The translations under genes were made by a program, and so were the position numbers. Below the pieces are notes generated by a model. The model saw only the letters and a program-made list of their open reading frames with translations, made no database searches and had not been told where the DNA came from. This document shows, piece after piece, positions 24,194 through 35,254 of a DNA stretch of 64,000 nucleotides (within the stretch, counting starts at the first letter, position 1; every line of letters begins with the position of its first letter). The DNA lies in the NCBI GenBank assembly GCA_028534125.1, contig CM052816.1:5210001-5274000 (forward strand), given 5' to 3'. Source of the stretch: Lama glama (Eukaryota).

Positions 24194-25761
24194 GTAAGTC
24201 CGGGGGCCTGTATGCTCTAGTCAAGGGCGCGGGCGCGCGGGAAGCACCCGCAGGCCAAATACGCAGTGGAAGGAATCTCCGTTGCCGTGCGTGCTATTTT
24301 GAGAGGCAGAGGGTAGTTCTCAAATGGTCAAGATGTGCACGGAGGGAAGCAGATTCATATTTGAATTTATTTGTAATGTGGATCGTGTTTGTAAGACTGT
24401 GAATGAAGACCAGAATCTTAACATTTCGGGAGAGGGTCAAAGTCCCTTTTAAGAGTCCATGGGAAGCTTCAGACGCGGAGAACACACGCATGGTTTCTTT
24501 CTTTCCAATCTTGAGGGGTCCTGATTCACCTCTGGGCTCTCCTGGAAACCAGGTTATGAATGCCTTAGGGTTTAGTTACTTCAGTTTGAATGTGAATTTA
24601 TGCTTATAGGCTCAGCTACTGTTTTCACAAGGCCTTTGCTGGAGAGGTTAGTCTACTGCCATCCTTGTACAGATAGGGAAACTGAGGCCCAGAGCAGGAC
24701 AGGACTTGAAGGTTACCTACCCAAGGAGCTGTTTATTTGGGTAAAACAAGTAAGTCTACTCCCTGTCCAGAGCGTGTTCCAGTGCTCCACTCCCTACGGC
24801 CGGCTCTGAGGGCCACCTTGATGGTTTTGTGTGTAAAGGCCAACAAGCAAGAGTCAAGAGTCTCACCCACTTCTTTTGGTTTTGGAGATCGCGGTTCATA
24901 CCGGCCTCTCTCGATCCTCTCAAGTGAGGTGACACTTCCTAGAGCTTGGTTTCTCTGGCCCAGGGTTCTGGGACCTCTGAAGGCAGTGATTTCCAGGCTG
25001 GTGAACTGAAATAGTTTCTCTAGGATGGTGCACTCAGGGCTGCAGTGCGTTGGAGTTGACCAGAGAGCCCCCCCGGATTTTATCTGTCCTGCAGGGGCTG
25101 TGATAAACTAGGGAAAGCTCACCTGGGGAGACTGGGAAATACCCTAGCCAATGAGTTTTTAAGGACATGTAGGCCCAGGCGACTGCTGGTTAGAAGTAAT
25201 TGTTGAGCATATCTTCTCCACCCCCTGCACATCACCACCTCCTTCAAGGAGCTGGGAAGGGGGATGCTAGGGCAGGCCAACTGCCCCCGCCCCATCGCCT
25301 AGCCTTCTGAGCATCTAGCGCCGGCTGGAGGGACCCAACTCTGTACCCAAACCCAGGTGCTAAACTAGGTTGGAAAGCCGGTGGGACGTGTTGGGGGAGC
25401 AGGTCCTCGAGGGAGAAGACTGTTGATTCCCACCCCTCCCATTTGAACCCCTGCAGTCTCCCTACGGCACCATAAAGCCAAACCTACAAGCATCAGTTTC
25501 ACTAGACACAGAAAATTCTCATTATCAAACCCCAGAAGCTGCCCAGTCCATCCCGGACCTGGGAACTCGGGGCATAAAGGCAAATTTATGAGCCTGTTTG
25601 CCTATTTTGCAAACAGAAATTCGTCACTTATTTAAAGACTCTCAATTACTGCTCCCAACACCTTTTACCCCACTCCACTTTTACCCCACTCCCGGGCGAT
25701 TGGAGCAGAAACATTTAAATCTGTCTCTCTCGCCTCTTTTCTTGTGTGTGTCCTCTGGCAG

Positions 25762-25866
25762 CAGCAGCACGAAGGCTTTCCTCCTGCCCTGGGCCCAGGC
25801 GAGAAGAGGATTAAAGGGCGCACAGGCTGGCCACAGCAAGTCTGGGCGCTGGAGTTAAACCAGTGA
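25762..25866 (+). CDS. HAND1: HAND1 coding exon 2 (34 aa plus stop; total protein 218 aa)
   Basis: Pyrimidine tract then cag| acceptor. Encodes [34 protein letters not shown], the conserved HAND C-terminal motif. TGA at 25864-25866. Confidence 0.98.
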   Translation, partial: QQHEGFPPALGPGEKRIKGRTGWPQQVWALELNQ

Positions 25867-26454
25867 GCCGAGGACCGCAAAACGGCTGCCCGACCCCGGG
25901 AGGAGAGGAAGGCGGCGGCGAGCGCCGGGCTCTGGGTTCCAGGGACTTGTAGGGGTGCGTCCTGCCGAGCCTCTGCTGCGCGCTGGCAGGTTGCTGGCTC
26001 CAACTACACACTTGGATCGCACGTGCAATGTCATTTGAAATTGTTTTTAATACATGAAGAGAAAGATAAATATATATATAACCACCCCCGACCCCGGGCA
26101 ACCGAGAGGGCGGCTCTTGGCTGCCCGAGTCGAGAAGGAGGGACCGCGGGACACAAACTTTAAGGTGTACCCTTCCAACCCTTCTGGGGCGAATTTAGAA
26201 CCCTCGGGATGCCTTCCCCACTACGCTATCTAGATGCCTTTCTCGTCAGCCTCCCCGCTTCGCGTCAAAACCCTCGGCGCGCGCTCTCCTTCCTAATTAC
26301 AATGCAATAAGAGGAATCAGTAGTTTTCTGCCAGGGAAAGAGAACCAAGCCAGGAAGAGGGAGGGCTGCTTTTGTTGTTCTCCCTCAAACAGTGCTGTTT
26401 TTATTTTATTTTTTGTCGCTGCACTTCCTACTTAGTTCCAAGGGAGACACTCTT

Positions 26455-26608
26455 TACCTCTCTTTCCTTCCTTTAAAAATTTTTTCTTCTTTCATCTTTT
26501 CCCTTTCCTTTTCTTTCCTTCTTTCTTTTCCTTCTTTCTTCCTTTTCTTCTTTCTTTCTTTCTGTCTTTCTTCCTTCTTTTCTCTTCCTTGCTTCCTTCT
26601 TTCCTTTG
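26455..26608 (+). repeat. Pyrimidine-rich (CTTT/CCTT)n low-complexity tract in the HAND1 3' UTR
   Basis: Read directly. Confidence 0.9.
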
Positions 26609-26610
26609 CA

Positions 26611-26616
26611 AATAAA
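26611..26616 (+). terminator. HAND1: HAND1 polyadenylation signal (proximal); a second AATAAA lies at 26782-26787
   Basis: AATAAA ~750 nt after the stop, followed by T/GT-rich sequence (gtttttatgtattt; ggtgtttgttt). Confidence 0.75.
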
Positions 26617-27499
26617 AACTTTTCCCTATGTTGAAAAGTTTTTATGTATTTAAACTACCTACTGTGCCTGCTGCGCTCAGGTGTTTGTTTAATCTCCCAT
26701 CCCCACCCTTTTTCTACCTCAAATCTATATGACCACTCACTGCCCCCTCCCTTTGCCAGAGCAGTATCTATGCTCTTGACTAATAAAACATTTTCTGAAA
26801 TCAGCAGAAGCCTCTGTGATATTTTGGCGGGTGTCCTGACCCCGGTCCATCGTTTCTGTTAGGTAGAGAGTCTCCAGTTCCTACTTCTCTTTTGATAAAC
26901 GCCAAACCAAACTACAAATCAAGTAAAGGGAAGGGGGCAGATAAAGGATTTACTCCTGGAACAAAGAGCAAAGTTCTCCTTAGAAGATGGGGGTGGAGGG
27001 GCAGGATAGCTTTAATCAACCCACAGAAAGGAAAACTGGAAACGAATTAGACCCAGAGAGGACCGGCTAGGATTGATGTGGGTCAGCATTTGGGTCTGTC
27101 TGTGGGTTAGTATGCACCTCGGTGTCTGCAGGCCGTGTTTTGGTGGTTATTGGGACGGGCGCCGGTCACACAAACGAACGGCATGGCGAGGGCAGGGTAG
27201 CTCAGAAGAGCGGAATGGCTCGGGAATACGGTCACTAATGTGAAATTCTGAACATATAGTTGCACGTGCAACGGTGCAAGAACTCACATGCAGCCGCGTG
27301 GCTGAGGAGGTGGGGGTGGCAAAGAGGGTCTGCTTAGCAAAGTCCCAACAAGCAGTAAGGGCTCGGCAAGGCAGAGCAGCCATAATTTTCCACATGAATG
27401 AAAGAACCTTGTGAGTGCTTATGGTCAAAGCGAGACATTTACGTTTCTCTCTAGCAACAAACACTTAACAAATATTTGTGAGAGCATATGGATTTGTGC

Positions 27500-28800
27500 A
27501 AAGGGATGGGGGTGGGGTATGTGCAGGCTAGTCTGGCACTCGTGCAGGAGAGCCGGTCTCGGTACCCCCACCTGCGCACCCGCGGCTCGGTCTGAGGGTG
27601 AATAAAAGCGTGTGCATTTGTCAAGGCGCGGATGAGTGCTGGGCCGAACTGGGGCGAGCAAACGCAGGCGACTGCAGGTCGCTGAATAATAGCGTACAGA
27701 CAACCAGTGTGGTTCGTGTGCGATGCTCTGTGCTAAGCGCTTTTATGTCTCCTAACAGCTCCCACGATTGCCGGAGGGAGAGAACGGTCTGCAGGGCTGG
27801 CACGGGTCCCTGGCCCTCGCTGCGAGGGAGGCGCGAGGACGCGCGCGCTGGTCTCCTGGAGTTTTCCCCGCTCCACATCCGGAGCTGGAGGCCCGGGCTT
27901 GGGCCCGAGAAAGGAGACCCCGGGCAGCTCCGGGGCCAGGAGTGCCTCAGGCGTCCGGTCCCGGCATCAGGGTGAATATGGGGCCCTATTAGTTTGGGCT
28001 GTAAACACCGTGGCAGGGCTGAGCGGCCACGCGGGCCTTTCCGGACGCGAAGGAGTTAATAAAAGGTGTTTTATGGGCGCGAGGAAACGGTGGAGGAGGT
28101 GTGAGCTTCTCTCTACTCTGACCCCCCTACTTTTTTCTTTATTCCCTCTCGCCACCCGCCGCCAGATCAAAAAGGCCGGCGATTTAACTAGGGCAACACC
28201 TCGCGGTAATGAGCCGGCCCGGGACACCCCTCCCCCGCCTCAGTACCCGGCCCGAGGCCCCAAGGCCCCTCGGGGAGGAGCAGAAAAGAAACATCGAGTT
28301 TTCCTTTTCTTTCCAAGAGCTGGGGAGCCCCTTAGAAATCCAGACAGGCACGGGGAAACTGAGGCTTGGGGAGCAAGCCAACTGAGGTTTGCCCCAGCAC
28401 GGAGGGGACATTTTCTGGATTCGAACCCAGGACTCCAGTTTAGTTTACAGACCGTTTTATGGCTATACGCAGAACACCCCGCCCGCGACTATTTTTAGCA
28501 TCATGAAGTATCCTAGGCACGGGAAGAATGCGCACCCGGGTCCTGCTTTCTCGTAGCCTCGGCCAGTGAAAGGAGAGAGGGTACCGAGGGGTACCGCCTG
28601 CAGAGGCCCGAGCCAAGTTTGGCATAAGCACGCCTCCTCCGAAAACCCCATCCCGCGGGGCGCAAACCCTCTTAGAGAAGACGGCGCGGGGAGCCCCACA
28701 TTCGTTCCCAGCCGTTCTGGTCCCAGTCTCAGATCTTGCACCCAGGAGCTGAGACAAGGGGGCGGGTGCCCACGGAGGGGGTCTCGGGTGTCCTCCCACT
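27500..28800. promoter_or_regulatory. CpG island downstream of HAND1
   Basis: CpG-dense. Contains TTAATAAAA..GTTTTATGG near 28056-28077 and GTTTTATGGC at 28454-28463. Confidence 0.7.
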
Positions 28801-30131
28801 TTCCCCAAACCTTACTGCACTGTCTGGGACGCCCGAGCCACATTCCCAGCCCTCACTTCCCAGCTGCAAAAGCTGAGCCTCCAGAGCAGAACGGAGTTGC
28901 TCTGGGTTTCACCAACCAGACTGAGACAGGGGCTCCAGACTTGGGGTCCAGCTCTTCTCCTCGCCCCGGGCTCTCGGGCCGCTCATGCATCCTCAGCTCT
29001 CCTTCCGCAGAATGGCCTTGGAGCCTGCCTTTTACTTTCTTATTCTCTCCCAGGGTTCAGTGCGTTTTGTCGGTACCCTACCTCCACCTGGCTCTGGGGG
29101 ACGGTGTCATTAATATTATTTTGGGATTAAGGACAGCAACTATTTTTTTAATCTGGAGGGGGGGGGGCGGTGGAAATGCAATGGTCACGAACTTAAAATT
29201 AAATTCCAGGGATTTATTGTAAGGAAATACTAACTACTGTTACAGAGCTTTAACTAAAGGGCTATTCTACAAAAGAATGGAAAATAGGAAAGGACCTCCC
29301 ATATGTTATAATTACAGAACTGGTTAACTAAACTCACCAGTGGGTTACCACTCAGCCCCTGGAAAAAATGTGGGAATTGATATGGACATTGTTCATGGTA
29401 TAAATGGGGGGGACCCCCTTCCAAGTTTCTAAAGACTGTCAGTAGTGACCTGCTTAATGTAAAAATAAATAAATGAATATCATTCATGGAGGAAAAAGTG
29501 AAAGAATATACATCAAAACATTTACACCTCTGTGTCTGAGTTGTGGTAATAAGGATAATTTTGACTTTTTCTCCTGCTTAACAATGTATACACACACACA
29601 CATACGTATATTTACAATGAATAAGTATTAATTTTGCAATAAAAAAATTAAGCTGCAATTTCCTTCTAATCGCTCCTGTGGCCAATGTACTTTCAGTACA
29701 GTTTATTCAACATGCATTGATTGAGCTCCCACCTTGTGCTCGGCACTGTGGGTATAAATAATGTATAAGAAACAATCCTAATAATTGTCATCAATTAACA
29801 TACAATAGTAAATATTTGTCTTGAAGGGTTTCTTATTCCTTTCACACAGTGAATACAATCTTTTCCATACATTTAAAGCCTATTAGTACATGAAATAATA
29901 ACGGTGGTAAAATTTTATTAAGGAAATTACTTTAGCCCTTACTTAGCATGCATTATTTTATGTAAGCCTCCTGAGGATAGCGTGAGGTTACTACTGAAGC
30001 AGCTGGGGCTCAGAGAGGTGAAGAACTTTGTTCAAGGTCAGATGACGGTGAAAGGCAGGCTGGGCTCGGATCAAAGGGCAGGTCTGGCTGCCTCCCGAGA
30101 CTTGGCTTTTCCCCACATGTCAGAGCGCCTC

Positions 30132-30180
30132 TGTGTGTGTGTGTGAGAGAGAGAGTGTGTGTGTGTGTGTGTGTACACAC
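30132..30180. repeat. Compound (TG)n(GA)n(TG)n microsatellite
   Basis: Read directly. Confidence 0.95.
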
Positions 30181-31659
30181 AAACTAGAGAAAGAAAGAAG
30201 GGAGTTTATGAAGGGATGCGGGATTCTAACTCCAGCTTTCCCCTGGAAACTTCTTCCTCCATCCCAGCTCAGAGTGGATCCCATCTGAAAATGAGGAGGG
30301 GTGTGGGCTCCTTACCATCTAGGTTCTTTCCTGACTATAACAATGATTCTAGAAATCCACTTTCTGCTGGTGACAAGCTCAGCCTGTCATACTTTGCACT
30401 AGTCTGTGACTCCTCTTTCTCGGGTACTTTCACTTCTACAAGCACATTTTTCTCCCCATGAACTAGAAGGGAGAAGGGCAGGAATTAGGCTCCTCATGGA
30501 CAGATGGAGAAAGGAAGACACAGAGAGGGAAACAACCAGCTCAGGGTCACACAGCCAGTCACAGACTGAGCTGGGGAGGAGACGGCAGTCTGCAGACTTC
30601 AGGCCCAGGGCTCTCTTGGAAAAGGCCCTAGATCCTTCTCTTCATGCAACCAGCAGTTAAGCTTATGGTCTTGCTAAATCTTTATAAAAGAAATGAAAGC
30701 AAGAAATCAGCCAGTCTCATTTTTAAAAGAAAAGTGACTACTAAGAAAAAATATGCAGGCTCTAAAGTGTCTGAAACCAGCCTCCTGATTTAAGCCTAAT
30801 TTGTTTGAAAAAAATGGTTTTTTCCAGCCAAGAGAGTTTTTACAGCTGAGCTCTCCCAAACCCATAAAAAACAAGGTTTATATGGGAAATAGTGAAAGAC
30901 TCTTAACTGTAATACACAGCGTCTAATGTAAGCAGACATAGACACTATATAAAGCTCCTACAAATGTTATTAAAACAAACAGAAATGCACATTTATCCCC
31001 ACAGAATGGACAACGGAAGGCATCAGACTTTCAAGGAGTTCCAGGAGTCCTATGTTCACGGCAATGCTCAAAGCACCCCATCACACTGGAACCTCAAAAT
31101 CCTTACCCACCATCCAAACATTACCCTCTTTCTAGGGAAGGGGAAACTGAGGCCCACGGAGGGGAGGGACTTGCTCAAGGTCACAAGGGGAGTTGTACTC
31201 TTCTTTTCTTCTCGTCTGCCTAACCCCTCTACTTCCAATGAAGGGGATAGAATCAATCCTACAGGGGCCAAGACACCCTGCACAAGTTATTGAACATTTC
31301 CAACCCTCAGTATCCTGATCTATAAAGTGGCTGAGATCATTGCCCCAACTTCCTGGGGTTTGTGAGGGTCAAATGAGATAATGTGGGCAGACCACTTGGC
31401 ATGGTGTCCACGGCAGAGCTATTTTTATTATTTCACTTAATCCTTGCAATAACCTTGTGAGGCATTGCGGATTTATTTCAGTTTGCTTGTTTGCTTGTTT
31501 TGGAAAGATCAGCATAGAGGCTGCGGTGACTTGCCCATGGGCACACAGCCCGTGAGTGGATTCCTGGTTGCAGAGCCCTTATATTCCACATTACTAAGAT
31601 AAACCAAGGGGTAGGCAGGCTGTGGCAGCTGAATTTCTGAAACCGTCTAAGGCAGCACC

Positions 31660-32022
31660 ACAGAGCAGTAGCACTCTTTATATATTAACATAGAAGTATA
31701 TTTCTCTTACTGCAAGCCACCAGTGGGAGCCATATATATATATAATTAAAAAAATTTTTGGTAGCCACATTTAAACAATAAAGGGAAACAGGTGAATTTA
31801 TTATTAAATTTAATCATATATTTAATATATTTAACTCACTATGCCTAAAATAGAATTAACATGCAGTCAATATGGAAATTATTCATGATGTATTTTACAT
31901 CCTTTTTTTCATACTGAGCAAAATCAGGATGTGTTTTACAGCTGACAACACATCTCGGTTCAGACCACATTTCAATCATTCAGTAGCCACATATGGCTAG
32001 TGGCTACCACTTGGACAGTGCA
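31660..32022. mobile_element. MER33-like hAT-Charlie DNA transposon
   Basis: gtagccacatttaaa...aaacaggtgaa...acatctcggttcagaccacatttcaa...agtagccacatatggctagtggctaccacttggacagtgcag. Confidence 0.75.
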
Positions 32023-33217
32023 GGTCTTACGGCTCACGTAGCAGGAATGCTAAGTATGGAGTTTTGGTTAATCATATCAATAAATAGCTACCATTTATTG
32101 AGCACTTCCTGTGTCCCCAACAGCCGTGCTCAACCTATATGGGCTCATTTACTCATCCTAACAGCAGAGGGTATGTATGTAATTTATTCCTGGTCACATG
32201 ACTCATACATAGCAGGGCTGGCAGGCAGACTCAGCCCCGGCTGTCTCTCAAACCTGCAATTTTAGCCGCTGAGTTCCATGATTTCCAGGAACATCAGCAG
32301 GGCTGTGAGATGTGGAGTGTACTTTGGAGTGTCCCACCCAGTGGTGGAACCCGGGGTTCTAGGTCCAAGTCTACCATGAATCAGGTGACCGGGGGCCAAT
32401 CATCCTCTTGGGTTCCAGTTTTCTAAGCTCTGATTTGGACTAACAATACCTTTTCTCACCCTGCTAAACTCTTGTCAGGTGGAAATGGGGAAAGGTCTTT
32501 GAAAGTGTTTTGGAAAAGAGAATATAGCATGAGACTGGGCGAAGGTCAACAGGGAGGTCTGGACTGGCCTGCTGGCCTGTACTCACAGCTAAATGAGCTG
32601 GTTAGAAAAGCTGTGCAGCAGTGGGCAGGTTTCTTAACCTCTCTGAACCCCAGAACCCTCTTCTGTAAAAGGAAAAGCAGAATAGCTAGCAGAGATGTTG
32701 TGAAGATCCAGTAGTGAGTAAATAATGACTGGGAAGCTCTTAGCGTGGCCCAGAGGAGGCTGAGATAAACACAAGCTATTATTACTTACGCTGCTGTAGC
32801 TGGGGTTGGGCTCCAGGGTCTGGTTAGGAAGAAACAGGGAATGGCAGGGAAGGGTAAGGGGGAGTGGCCTTTCCCAGCCCCTGAGAGCCTGCTCTGGCTC
32901 AGACCAGTATTCTGGCAGTCCCAGGGCGGGGTGTGGGAGGCGTTCATGGGGTTTGAGAACAGTTAGTGTGGTGGAAAGAGCGGTCAAGAGAAGGGAGTTC
33001 AGCCTGTTGTGTGACCTCGGGCCCTTCCTTGCTCCCACTGGACCATAGTGTTGCCTGTAAAATGAGGGGTGAGACCAGAAAGCTAAATCCCTTTCTGCTT
33101 TGGTTGTCCAGACTTTTACAACCGTATGAATCAAAGCATTCTTTAAACACAGCGTCTGTATAGGGAACAGAAAATACCCCAGCCTTCCCATGTGGCCTGC
33201 GGCTGCCACTAAGGGGA

Positions 33218-33236
33218 GGGCGCCACCTGGTGGTCA
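33218..33236 (-). promoter_or_regulatory. CTCF binding motif between HAND1 and SAP30L
   Basis: Reverse complement TGACCACCAGGTGGCGCCC matches the CTCF core CCASYAGRKGGCRS. Confidence 0.8.
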
Positions 33237-35017
33237 CACTCCCTCATCTGTGTTCGGTGTAGAGAAATCAAAGACTGCCTGTAGCGACCCCAGAGCCCCA
33301 GGGCACACTATTTCTAACTTCCTTTAGCAGTTCAGAGAAGCGGAGAGGGGACCCAGAAATTTCACAGAGCCAGGAGTTGTGGGCAGGAGGCTAACTCCTG
33401 AGGGACACTGGTGTTTTGCAATCCAACATCTCTGAGGCCTCTTGCCCTAAAGGAATCTTAGGGCAGGGGTCTGTCTGTATATCCCTGCTATATAAAGTCT
33501 AAAATGCATCACACTTTTTTTTCTGTTTCTTTGGATAGGGGCCACTGCAAAAAACATAATCTCTTGGTAGCTCAAAACTCTTCTGTCACTACCGCACTGG
33601 GCTCATGGAAAACAGAGGGCTGTTTCCCCTGCACTGACTACCCCAGACTGCTGGGATCCAGAGTTTTTCTAGCAGGTTTACTGCTCTTCCCTCTTCCCCA
33701 CACCGTCAATATCCCACGTCTCTCTGTGGCTGTGGTACAGGTTGTATGGTGCATGGAGGTGTCAGACTGACATGGCTTCAACTTCTGGCTCACTATAAGA
33801 TCCTAGGTAAGCCATTCAACTTCTCTGAGCCTCATCTGAAAACTAGGGATCATAACAGCTTCTCTGCAGGTTTGTGTGAGGATTATGACTGTGCATATTA
33901 CTATTCTAGCAAGGTGTCCAGCACCTGGCAGGTGTTTAGCAAGTAACAGCCGTCCTGATTACTGCTGCACGAGTGTCATCCTGACCACTTTCTCATATTT
34001 AGCTTTGGAAATATTCCTGGATAGAAACATGAAGAGTATGCATTTGAAAATGATGATTAGCAACCAGAAAGCAAACACTCTTACCATGGAAGAGAGGGGA
34101 GCCTCCCTGGAACTGTTTAAACTGGCTCAGCCAAGTTCAACTTCATCTAGTTGAGCTAAACCCCAGTGGGCAGGCTGGGGTCTCTCAGTCCTCATCTGGG
34201 CTGCACGACGCTTCATTAGATGATTTCACTTCGGGCAGCTGCTTGTTGACAGGGCTGAAGCTGAGCCCTGCCCCCGCACTGCTCCCCTGGGGCCCAGGTC
34301 ACTTCTGCCTGCCCCCCACCCATGCCGGCTCCTGAGCGGGACCCTCAGAGGGGTCTGGCTGGGAACAGGTGACCTCCCTCTGCTCTCTGAGCAGAGTCCA
34401 GCCTTGCTGGTGTCCACGAGCCCTAGGAAGGCTCAGTAGCCCGCTTGGCTTAATTAAGCTCATTACATTTGCTAACACTCACTTGTTTCTCCAAGACGGG
34501 AAGAGCTCGCTGCACCCAGCAACTTCATCAGAACTCGGGCTGGCACGGGGCCCCGAGGCCTCCTCACGGATTTGAGGATTTTAGCAGTGGAAGGACTGCC
34601 TTCCACCCTTGTCTGGGTATGAGCTCCTCAGACATCCGCAGCTCCTGGAGGACAGAGTGCGTTTCCAGACTCCCCCAGGCACCTGGCACATGGTAGACAC
34701 TCAAACATCTTCTCGATCACATCTTATTGTTTGCTTTGGTTTTTAATAATAGCAGTTTTGGTGACTCCAAAGTCCAAGCTCCTTCTGCTCTGGACTGGAC
34801 CTCCCCTCCCCCCGTCTCCTGTCAAACCTTCCAGTTCCTTCAAGGGCTTGCTTAGGGGCCTCTTCCTGGAAGCTCCTCTGATTTTCAAACAGCCTCTTCC
34901 TTCCTGTTTCCCGCTTACTATGAATCATACAGATACAGATACAGTATGGATATACATGGAGCGGGTAGATAGATGTTTTGATACGCCTACCGATACGGCC
35001 ACAGCCACAGATTCAGG

Positions 35018-35095
35018 GTGTGTGTGTGTGTGTGTGTGTGTGTACATATGTGTGTGTATACGTGTGTGTACATATACACACACACACACATACAG
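35018..35095. repeat. (TG)n...(CA)n inverted microsatellite
   Basis: Read directly. Near-continuous purine-pyrimidine alternation. Confidence 0.95.
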
Positions 35096-35101
35096 TATGT
35101 A

Positions 35102-35254
35102 CAGTTGTCCCTTGGTATCCACAGGGGATCAGTTCCAGGACCCCCCACAGATACCAAAATCCGTGGATGCTCAGGTCCCTTACATAATACCACGTGGTAC
35201 AGCTGGTCCTTTGTATCCTCAGATTCAAAACCTGTGGATATGGAGGGCCACCTA
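35102..35254. mobile_element. TcMar-Tigger MITE (MER2-like)
   Basis: TA|cagttgtcccttggtatccacagggga.. and ..tggatatggagggccacc with a TA flank, i.e. Tigger-type terminal inverted repeats. Confidence 0.8.

Larger units (their letters stand above)
23200..24300. promoter_or_regulatory. CpG island over the HAND1 promoter and exon 1
   Basis: High GC and CpG density by inspection. Confidence 0.88.

Noticed and set aside
24194..24220. HAND1 ORF continuation VSPGACML
   Set aside because: Read-through into the intron past the gtaagt donor.
27899..29222. 199-aa and 218-aa ORFs downstream of HAND1
   Set aside because: Non-AUG starts in a CpG island, with no recognisable homology or splice structure.
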